Shown here one piece after another: positions 22,800 through 33,517 of a DNA stretch of 37,993 nt; position 1 is the stretch's first letter; the number at the start of each line of letters is the position of its first letter. The stretch comes from Octopus bimaculoides (Eukaryota). The translations under genes were made by a program, and so were the position numbers. Location of the stretch: contig NC_068982.1 in the NCBI RefSeq assembly GCF_001194135.2, positions 131,853,543 through 131,891,535 of the forward strand. The letters are read 5' to 3'. Below the pieces are notes generated by a model. The model was not told where the DNA came from. It was given only the letters and a program-made list of their open reading frames with translations, and searched no databases.

Positions 22800-23110
22800 A
22801 AGCTTCAGCTTATAATAACTGTTTCTGTGTGCGGTTCAAGATGTGGATGAGTATAGCAGAAGCACAGTCCCCGATGTAGAGTAACGCACCATGGTGGGCC
22901 TCATTTGAGCTTTGTAGAGTGTTAGCAACTGTTGGGGCTGAAGTATTTTCTAGCTCTCCTAAAAACGTTAAGGATGTGCTTTTTACAGGTTTCATATTCG
23001 GTGACTGTAAGGCCCAATATTTTGGAGAAACTGCGTGGGCTCTCGCAGAGTGCCGCTCATGTTTATGAAGGGTGTTACGGTGATTTCTTGATATGAGTAG
23101 CGACTTAATG

Positions 23111-23150
<40 letters not shown>

Positions 23151-23760
23151 ATTAAAAAAAGACAAGATTAGCATGACTGCTAGAGGATACTCTCAAGATC
23201 ACTGGCCATGAAATCAATTCCAAGTTGAGCATGTGCTGTCTAAGTTTACGTCGAGTGGAACTGATGCATGTTTGATGAAGGTGAGAGACGCCTGCATAAA
23301 TGTGGGCGTTCGTAGATGTGGCAACAAGCAGTTTATTGATGAACAAAAAAAAAGAGAGCCCTGGGGTACACCAGAGTTGATTTAGAGTAGATGAAAGGGT
23401 ACTGTCGATACATGTCACGATGGTACCAACTGATAGGGAGCCACCGATCCAAGATATGGGAGATGGGTGGAGCGCATAGACATTTTGATAGGAGATTCAT
23501 ATGTTAGACAGGGTCGAAGGCTTTGCTGACGTCTAGAGCAGCAACATTGCTTTCACCCAACTTCTCTAAACCGAAAATGCACCACTGACTATGTGAGAAA
23601 CTTTCCAAAGGCTCTGACTATGAGAAATCCGTAGTGGTAGTTACTCAAGTGAAAGAGGGAGAGAGTTATTCAAAATGTTGGAGAATGTCAGTGTTAATGG
23701 CTGCCTCCATTACTTTAGAGACAATGGAGACACCTAGTAGTTTAGTAAATGTATTTATTC
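22800..23760 (-). pseudogene. Decayed CR1/L2/Jockey-group LINE RT region, split by (TG)n
   Basis: Ordered motifs: SIVSKVMEAAIN; GF; GESNVAALDVSKAFDPV*H..LLSK; NSGVPQGS; LFINKLL; KILGLT; QLLTLYKAQMRPTM; LNRTQK. Confidence 0.85.
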
Positions 23761-24179
23761 AAACTATTCATATGAAGACCTCAGCACAGACACAATTATC
23801 GATACAGACTACATGAACCCTCGATACTGGCCGATGTCATCTTACTTAGAATGATTGTATTATTCCACTCGTCACGTGGGAGGGTTGTACCATTATTACT
23901 AATTCCCTACAACACTATGTTGATGTACTAGTTCGTCCCTATTACCTTTAACTCAGTAGAATATTGAGGATTTGGCAGTTGAAGAAAATTGAAAGAGAAC
24001 TGCACCAGTAGTTGGTTGTTACTCATTTTCAGCTGAGTAGACCGAAGCAACGTAAAGTGAAATGCGTTGATCAGAAATAACCTGGGGCTGCGCACAAACA
24101 ATAAAAACAATATAGTACTTGTCCTTGTTTGGATATCCTCTTTAACTTCCTGTTTGGATATCCTCTTTAACTAATCACT

Positions 24180-24220
24180 TCCTCCTCCTCCTCCTCCTCC
24201 TCCTCCTCCTCCTCCTCCTC
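24180..24220. repeat. (CCT)n microsatellite
   Basis: Direct reading. Confidence 0.95.
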
Positions 24221-24239
24221 CGAATTGTCTCTCTGACCA

Positions 24240-24815
24240 CTAACCAACACTTCTCTCTTTTTGGGGCTTTCCACACATTGGAAGCCGATTAAGAGAGATA
24301 ACTTCAGTTTTATTTCGTTCAAGTGTAAACTGATTTGTGCAGTTGTACAGCTGTAATTTCCATTCTTAGGTACAGTAGTTACTAAATATTAAACTTCTAC
24401 AATAATTACTAAATAGTAGACCCACAATAGAGTATACAAGTATTCTCAGACGTTGCTACGCTGAACAGACAACTTAGACTGCATTCGGAAAAAAAACAAT
24501 ATGACTAATTGATATGAAATCACTCACAGATATGTTCAAATCTCTGGTTCACGAGTGAACAGTTTCCTCTCTCTGGCTTTTCAAACGCATCTATAATGAC
24601 CATCGGTCCTCAGATCTGTCTGGGCTCATAACATATCGTAATTATTTCTCTTCTTTTCTCATGTTACTCGTTGAGTCCACCTACTCCCAGGCCCCGCGCT
24701 AATCACAACGCCAAGTTTTTCCTTCTCAGAATGGAATTTTCCGTGCTGTTCCCACAAGTGTTGACTCACAAAGGTTCAAGAAGAGCATTAATGCATTAAT
24801 CTCACCAGTCTAGGA
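24240..24815 (+). pseudogene. 3' end of a CR1/L2/Jockey-group LINE, about 200 bp upstream of the tyrosinase ATG
   Basis: RPTIEY; LDCIRKK; SLVHE*TVSSLWLFKRIYNDHRSSDLSGLI; WN.P; DSQRFKKSINALISPV*. Confidence 0.75.
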
Positions 24816-24980
24816 AAGCCCTCGAACACATTGAGCAATTTTCCTTTAAATCAATAAAAATTATAAGAAAAAAAACAATACTAAAAATAAACACTTACTA
24901 CATTCCAATATTGATTGAAATATAGATGTAAAAATAAAATAAGATAAAACAGAAACATAATAGAAACATATGTACATATA

Positions 24981-24991
24981 TTTTTTTACAG
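24981..24991 (+). promoter_or_regulatory. Probable 3' splice acceptor of a 5'-UTR intron
   Basis: TTTTTTTACAG|G lies 29 nt upstream of the tyrosinase ATG. Confidence 0.55.
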
Positions 24992-25020
24992 GTGGTACCA
25001 AAAATTGTATAAACACCACA

Positions 25021-25407
25021 ATGAAGTGCTTCACTCTGTTCCTACTTCTTCTTAGTATTACCTTTAAGATTACTGTAGCAGAAGTAGCAGTTAGTTCCTC
25101 AAAAGAACTGGAAGACTGCTTGAAGAAGAACGCCATTAATTATTCACAATTCTCCGAACAAGAATGGTTATCTTTGTGTCTGAAATATTACTTAAACAAA
25201 AAGGTCGCAGAAGCTCAAAGCACTGAACCTAAAATTAGCTTGTGGGCCGACGTACGAGGAAGAGATTATATTAATTCGTTGATTGATCGATTTTCTGCCG
25301 AAGCTCGAAATGCTTCTTCAAAAAGGATTCGTAAAGAATACAGAATGTTAACTGACGAAGAAAGGCAAAATTATCACACCGCTATTCGGATGTTAAGAGA
25401 TGATACA
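25021..25407 (+). CDS. tyr: Tyrosinase coding exon 1 (signal peptide, N-terminal region, start of catalytic domain)
   Basis: ATG at 25021 is followed by a hydrophobic stretch. The exon ends ...RMLRDDT at donor ACA|GTAAGT (25408), phase 0. Confidence 0.88.
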
Positions 25408-28400
25408 GTAAGTAAATTTTAATATTTTGAAAACAAATTTCTCTGTTATTTCCTACTAGTAATGATAGACTCTTGTTGTTGTCAATGGGGATCTTTTCTG
25501 TTTGACTGTACCTGTGGAAATTTTAAAGTTTAGTGAATTTTAAAATTTGGTGTATGGGTGTGATTTCCCACACTGAATTTCAAGGGCTAATTCACTTTTC
25601 CAGGAAATTCTTTAAAAAAGTTACAAATTATTTTTACCCAGTCAGTAAACAGGATTTGGAAGCTGTTATTTTGTGCGTGACTGTACGTGTTGTCAACTGT
25701 AAACAAATGAAATATTGGCGGAATGCTACTTTGAGTACGCCACGTAACTCTTCATAAATTTTCTCTATGTATTTTTTGATTTTTCAGGGAACTTTTGCGA
25801 ATTTGTATTTTACACAAGGGAATTCATACGATTATGCAAGAAAAAAAATTAGTGCGTGATCCAAAACCTATTTAGCTATTATTTTTAGCACACCTCATGA
25901 CCACCTCATACATCATGTGATTTAAGCATTTAATAAGTGAAAATGACCGCGTGGGTAAGCAACTTGGTAACAGCTTGGCTTGTTACTATGGAAACAGGCA
26001 CCTATATGTCTGTGGTTTTCGATTGGCTAAAATTACCCAAAATTTTCAAAATTTAAAAACTATTAACTCTTTATTTATTGATTTATGGTGAAATGAATTT
26101 CATGTCAATGGTTACCATACAAAACTACACCAATACACCTAATATGAAATTAATTCGAATAAGAGTTGAAGAAACTGAAAACTGGCTGCCAAACAGAAAA
26201 GATCCCTGAAAATTACCATGTTATTAGAAAAAGTAGAGAATAAAACATTTTTAGTCATGGGTCAATAACAAAGACCAATTTTGATGGCAACACAAGGGCC
26301 CATTGTGAGTCTTGCAAATATAAAAAAAGCAGAAGAAAATAATAATTAGTTGATAAAATGTTAGAGAAACACAGATTTACAAAGTAGGTATTTATACAAA
26401 GCAATAGCTATCGTTTTATTAATAAATGCTGTATAATAAGGCGGCGAGCTGGCAGAAGCGTTAGAACGCCGAGCGAAATGCTTAGCGGTATTTTGTCTGT
26501 CTTTATATTCTGAGTTCAAATTCCGCTGAGGTCAACTTTGCCTTTCATCCTTTCAGGCTCGATAAATTAAGTACCAGTTGCGTACTGGGGTCGATCTAAT
26601 CGACTGGACCCCTTTCCCAAAATTTCGGGCCCTGTGCCTAGAGTAGAAAAAAAAATAAATGCTGTATAATTGAATAAGTGAAAGTGTATGGCTCAGTGGT
26701 TAGAGCGTCGAACTCACAATCATGAGATAGTGAGTTCGATTCTAAGATCGAGCTGTGTGTGTGTTCTTGAGCAAGGCATTTTATTTCACGTTGCTTCAGT
26801 TCACTCATCTGTAGAATTGAACTACAGCGTCACTGGTGCCAAGCTGTATCGGTCTTTGCCTTTCCCTTAGATAACATTGATGGCATGAAGAGGGTAGGTT
26901 GGTATATTTGGGAAACTGCTGGTCTTCTACAAACAACCTTTCCCAGATTTGTTCCTCGGAGAGGAATTTTCTAGGTGCAATTCCATGGTCATTCATCACC
27001 GAATGGGAGCTTTACCCGTTTATAAATGAATAGCGAATACTTTAATGAGTATAATATGATACAATACACATGTAGTATGAACTGATATTTTCTGTTTTGA
27101 AGTGAGATGCTATTTTTATTGCACTATATTGATGGTTTTATTATTTACAAACTTACTTGTGTAAGGGTTCGCAAAATCATTGGAACGTCGGACAAAATAC
27201 CTTACCGTATTTGTTCCAGCTGTTATCGTTCTGGATTCAAATTTTGCCCATATGTGCACGGTAAATAGGGATGTAAACATATATCTGAAAATTTTTGCAA
27301 TCTGTTTTGTCCAAGTTACTGTACTACATATGTCAATTGTAGCAATAACAATTAACCGACTCATGACGTTTATAATCACGTGACATTTATACTAGACATC
27401 GTAAATGCTAGACGTTTTGTACCAACAAAATTCACTTTTCTAAAGTCCACGAAAGAAAAATCGCTTCATTTAGGAACAAACTGAATTAAATTTGTGGTTT
27501 TTTCTCTTTTGGTTTGGCATGGATGGGGAAGGGAGTTATGGATAAAATGGACGTTTTTTTAATGATAAATTTCACATTATTTTGTCTGTGTTTTTTTTTT
27601 AAAACATTTATTCCTTGACTGGAATTAATCGTATATTTATATTTTCTCCTAAAATCCTTCGATTTCCAAATATATTTGAGAGTGCTGTGCTCTTCTTTAA
27701 GAGGAGATGATGAAATGATTTGCTGTGTCACAGCATGATAATTTTCAATGGATTCTACGTGACTGCCATGCATCGCCGATTTTGCTGTGATAAATTCAGT
27801 GTGACAGATCATGCATTTTAAAGGTATCTCATTTTCAAGGAACGTTTCTCTATAATTCGGCATTTCCATTTAGGATTTTTTCAGTTTTGTTTTCTGTTGG
27901 AAAATATTTTACATTACGATCTTTCACGTTTATCTAAAGCTCATCTTTATAAAAAGGTTTTGCAGCACAGAAGAATTTGCAACCGTTCTGGAAATATTCG
28001 TTTATAAGAGTGACAAAGCTCCAAGACATATTATGTACCTTTCATGCTTATATTATACAACTAGCTTTGTATTATCGTATTTCCCTCCCCAGTTGTTTTC
28101 AACGAGCTACTTTCATTCAGATATGAGCAGGGCTATGCCTGTAAAGAGGGATAAGTTGTTTGTGTTGATTGGATTGAAACATGTGTTCAGGCAACAGGTT
28201 TGTTGGTGAGTAAAGTTTCTTGCCATGGATTGATCTCTCATCCCAAGCAGAGCGTTCATTGTCCGTAGAAGATCACAAGGTCCAAGCAATAGATTGCAAT
28301 ATGCGTGCTATGGCTTCCCTCATGGATTTAGTCGCTTTCCGTGGGGTGTTATTTTGGGAACCAATTTTGTTTTTAGTTCTGTTTTAACATATTCTCCTTA

Positions 28401-29439
28401 AAAGAGTAAATACATACATACATCCATACATACATACATACATACATAGCCTGTTGTTGATGCTGAAATTCCACTGAAGGAGCCTTGGGTATAGTTTAGA
28501 AATCGACTCTTTCTCTGTTGGCAAGAAATCTTGAAATAAAATTGAATAATGACATACATACATACATACATACATACATACATACATACATACATACGTA
28601 CGTGCGTACGTACATACACATGCATATATACATATGTATGTATGTTAGATGTATGTATGTTAAATATATGTATATGCGAATCTAGAGAGTTCCTGCAATC
28701 ACAACAGATGATTCTCGTCTGCTACGATTTATGCGCGTGCTTTTATGCATGAAGCGCCTATGTGAGAGGTTCTCTCCAGGCTAATAACGAACTATTCAGT
28801 GTTCTAACAAGAATTTCACATTTAATTGGATATAAAGATTGCTTTTGGCACTAATACTGATTTTTTTTGCTAAAGAATATACATATCAACAAAGGGATCA
28901 CGCATGGCGCAACATATCTGTGTTTGCTTATGACTCTGAGATGCCTTCTGACGATACGGATGGGTTTGCAGCATTGCAATAAATGTAGAAGAGCTTGCAA
29001 AACCTCTGAGCAGCCACTGCAGCTTCTAATGTTTATTTCAGCTGTGAAATTTCTTGGACATTTTATAAAGAGAAGGGTAGTCTAACAGTTGTTTCAAGGA
29101 AATAAAGGGACGATATGAGGGAGTTAAATAGAAGGAAATAGTAGAGTTCAATATAAGAATTTATTTTGGAAAGGGAGAGATGATACAGGAAATATAAAGG
29201 GAAATATAAGAATAAAAATAAAGATATATGTTAGATGTTAAACTTGCTGTTCCATTATCCAAGGAATGCGTTGTGTAGAATAGGTAAAAAGGCTTCTTGT
29301 CCATGGTATGTAAGTTCCGATAGGATCTCATATTTTGTTATTACGAATGGACAGTGTGCAGGTCCTTCCGTAGCAATTACATAGCCTTACCTGCCATTTG
29401 GATCTTCTGGATACCAAAACCTCTCTAGATAGATAGATT

Positions 29440-29498
<59 letters not shown>

Positions 29499-30394
29499 CC
29501 GACAAGTCATGAAGGGTCCTTTTTCTGTGTTAACTTGTCTTGTTTTCCATTTTTCTCGTTGTTTACATATTTCACTCGTTTTTGTCCTGTAATTATTGTC
29601 CACGTCTTGTATCTATCTCTCGTGTGTATGTTATTTGCACCGTTGGTGACGTCTGTACCCATATATGCATGCATGTGTGTATACACACATACACACATAC
29701 ACACTCACATATATGTATATATATCTTTACAACAGAAAATATTTACAGATTTTCAACCAAAACCTTATGTTACAACGAATGTAAGCGGCACGCCTGTATA
29801 CACAGTGTGCTTGCAGACTAAAAGAGAAAGAACAGCTGTTTATGCTGCGCATTTCAGCTCTGCCTAGAGTGCCATTAGTAGCTGTGCACCTTCCTTAACT
29901 TAGTTAAGCAAGGTGCACAAATAAAACTAAGTTATATATTGTTGTGAACTCGTGAGTTGAAAGGAGTTTTGTTATATCTCAGGGGAGGGTTGTTATGCCA
30001 ATAAAAAAAACACGCGCATTGGTTCTATTTTATTTCATTTTATTATTATTTGTCGGTTAGTTTACCATTTAGCCAATTAACTAATCGATTATTTGGTGAA
30101 TCTTTCGGTTAATTAATCAATCGTGTTTCAGGTGTTTCAAATCGTTTCGCCGCCATTCGCGTCTTCATCTATGACACGCTTTCTCTGCTATGGGTCTGTT
30201 TCAGATCTGCCTGTCTCCTAAATTACGAGTTCTATGTTTATATTTATATGGATGTGAGAGAGGGAAGGAGGGAGGGAGAAAGAAAAAAGGGAGCAAGTGT
30301 TGATGAATGTGTGTGAGTGTGATTTCATGTGTATGTGAATGAACGTTCTTGCTTGCTTGTCTGTGTGCGTACGTGCATACGTGCGTGCGCGTGT

Positions 30395-30482
<88 letters not shown>

Positions 30483-32181
30483 AAGAGGTGGCCGAACCGC
30501 AAAAACCTTTCTTCTGGTTATGAAAACCGTTTCCCACAATATTTCGGTAAGACTATGTAGTTAATGTAGACTTAACACGGAGGGTTAATGTAGACTTAAG
30601 GGTTAAAGCGTCTAGCTTTTCTCGAAGTGGGGGCGAAATAATGCATGGGAAAAGAAGTAGCGGTGGGAGTAGAAGGTTGTGGGCTGAGAGAGGACGACAA
30701 CGATGATTGTGACGACGACGACGACGAAGTCGAAGACGACGACGACGACGATGATGATGATGGTGGTGATGATGATGATGATGAATACAGCGGTAGTGGT
30801 AATGATGTTAATGATTTCGATGATGGTTTAGGTAATAAAATATGTCAAAGCGTTTTATTCCCTCTGCGCGCACTTAAGAAACCACTTCAGAGAAGCTGTT
30901 ATTAAAGATAAGTTAGTTGAACTTTCCGTCTTGCTAGGCATATATCAATCACCATCGTCGTTATCATTATCACCACCACCACCACCACCACCACCACCAC
31001 CACCAGTATCATCGTTGCCGGCGTCGTCGTCGTCATCATCATTATTATCATTATCATCTTCATTTTCGTCGTCACCATCATCACTGCCTTTTCGTTTGCA
31101 TAATCATTCAAGCTGATGTTGTAGGCAACCAATTATAAATCAATGAATTATTTCGCATGGACATCTACCTCGGGTGGAGTGAGAACGTGCATCACCATTA
31201 TCCAAGATCAATTTCGATCGTTCGCCCCCAAATATTTCGACGTGGAATCTCTCGTACCTGCGAGAGAGATGACTACATATGCAAGAAGACTTCAATGTGG
31301 AAAGTTTTAAATCATTTATTGCGGGAACCAGAAATACCTATTTACAATTTCATCATCCCTAACCACAGAAAGCAATTTTTTATACCGATCTTTTTTTGAA
31401 GAATGTTTTGGTTGGAAACTATTTTTTCTGAAGCATATGAAGTTTAGATGCAATGTGACTTGAAGAAAATACCAGTTCAAGTTTTTGATAAATATTTAAC
31501 GTCATTACTAGGATAAACATGAATTCTAATTTCGAAGTTAAAGGATTGAGAGTGAGATGTACACAAATCATGGTACATAACACACGAACCAAGGTATAAA
31601 AATATCCGTTTCAAATTTTAGCACATGTTGAGCAATTTCGGGAAAGAAGTTAAGTCGAATACATCAAGCCCAGCGCTCAATTGGTATTTATTTTAGCTAC
31701 CTCGAAAGGTTGAAAGGTAAAGTCGACCTCGGCAGAATTTGAATTCAGAACGTAAAGACGGACGAAATGTTACGCATTTCGCCCGGCGTGCTACGATTCT
31801 GCCATCTCGTTGCTTTAAGGCGTAGAAATATCATAATCTAAATAAGTCATCGGTATAGTCTGGACTGGGGTTGATTACTGGAAATATTCCCGTTGCTTTC
31901 TGTATACCATTAGGAACACTTGTACTTCGCACTATTGACAAAATGTTCCTATTACATAAGAGCAATGACCTACTTTTGTTTTTAGTCATTATTTCTGTTT
32001 ACAATTGGTTGAAGTGCTAAATAATTTGCCCCGATAATTCCTCACATAAAGTAGCAATTGTGGTTGAAAAGCTCACTTAGAAATAAAATGGTTTCAGGTT
32101 CAGTCTCACTGTGCAGTACTTAGGGTAAGTGTCTTCTTGTGAGTGAATTTGGTTGAGGGAACTATGTGGAATACCATCGTG

Positions 32182-32228
<47 letters not shown>

Positions 32229-33468
32229 ATACAGACCGGGGTGTGTGTTGTATTCTTGAGCAAGACACTTTATTTCACGTTGTTCCAGCTCACTCAGTTG
32301 TAGAAATGAGTTGCGGCGTTACTGGTGCCGAGCTGTATTGGCTTTGCGTTTCCTTTGGACAACATCGGTGGCGTGGAGAAGGGAGACTGGTATGCATGGG
32401 CGATTGCAGATCTTCCACAAAAAGCTACCTTTTCTGGACTTGACCTCGGAGAACTTTCTTGGTGAAAAACCATGGTCGCTTGTGACCGAAGGGGTATTTA
32501 CCCTTTATATATATCAAGGCGGCGAGCTGGTAGAAACGTTAACACGCTGGCTGAAATGCTTAACGGTATTTCGTCTGTCTTTACGTTCTGAGTTCTAATT
32601 CCGCCGAGGTCGACTTTGCCTGTCTTCCTTTCGGGGTCGATTAAATAAGTACCAGTTACACATTGGGGTCGATGTAGTCGACTTAATCCCTTTGTCTGTC
32701 CTTGTTTGTTCCCTTTATGTTTAGACACCTGTGGGCAATAAAGAGATTTATATATATACATAGGTATGGCTGAGTGGTAGGAAGATTGCTTCCCAACCTC
32801 ATCGTTCCGGGTTCAGTCCCACTGCATGGCACCTTGGCTAAATGTGTTTTATTATAGCCTCAGGCCGACCAAAGCCTTGTGAATGGGTTTAGCAGACGGT
32901 AGCTGAAAGAAGCCCGTCATATATATATATTCATACATATATATATATATATATATATATANNNNNNNNNNTTGCCACTTAAGTGTGGCTGACCCCTAGG
33001 GGTGGATGTTACTGTTGCTTTAGCCCCAGGAGGACATCTCCTCCAGCTGGCTTATCGACACACTACTGTGTCCTGTTTGTTTTGCCAAGGGAAGTTATCC
33101 CTCTCATCGTGATCGTAGCACGAACGGACCCGAGTTTCAGGGTTATTTCCCTTCGTCAGCGTCCGATAGCTACCGACCTTCGATGAGAGGTATAAATTCT
33201 TGGCAACCTTATGTATACTTTTCCAGTGAAATTCTTCACTGATATCGAAAAAGTGAAAACAAGCAATGTTAATTCTCTAAATGAAGTATTAACAGTAACT
33301 GTGTGTGTGTGTGTGTGTATTTGAGATACTGATCTGGTAAGAGACCAATAGCATAAGTACTAGGCTTGCAAAGCATAAGTTCTGGGGTCGATTGCTTCGA
33401 TTGAAGACCCTTTAAGGCGGTGCTCCACCAGTCAAAATAACTGAAACAAGTAAAAGAATGTATGTATA

Positions 33469-33517
<49 letters not shown>

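Noticed and set aside
26684-26760. Genuine tRNA genes at SINE heads (also 3690-3770, 4240-4310, 11480-11557, 32762-32830)
   Set aside because: A/B boxes are present, but no complete cloverleaf or T-run terminator; each continues into a SINE body.
27760-27830. C2H2 zinc-finger gene (CMICHTEF...H..H)
   Set aside because: Single unit with non-canonical spacing and no linker; fits a transposase N-terminus better.
27120-28040. GPCR-like fragments on the + strand (SIVAITINRL, FVFCW, NRSGNIRL*)
   Set aside because: Scattered across frames with many stops. The minus strand is better explained by ordered hAT motifs, and hydrophobic readings are expected from AT-rich antisense DNA.
28690-29100. RNase H remnant of an I-clade LINE on the minus strand (FTAE, SHIG, VAD)
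   Set aside because: Motifs are too short and need several frameshifts; not supportable without a profile search.
29535-29867. Possible extra tyrosinase exon after TTTACAG at about 29748
   Set aside because: No tyrosinase similarity; exons 1 and 2 already join in frame and colinearly with the family pattern.
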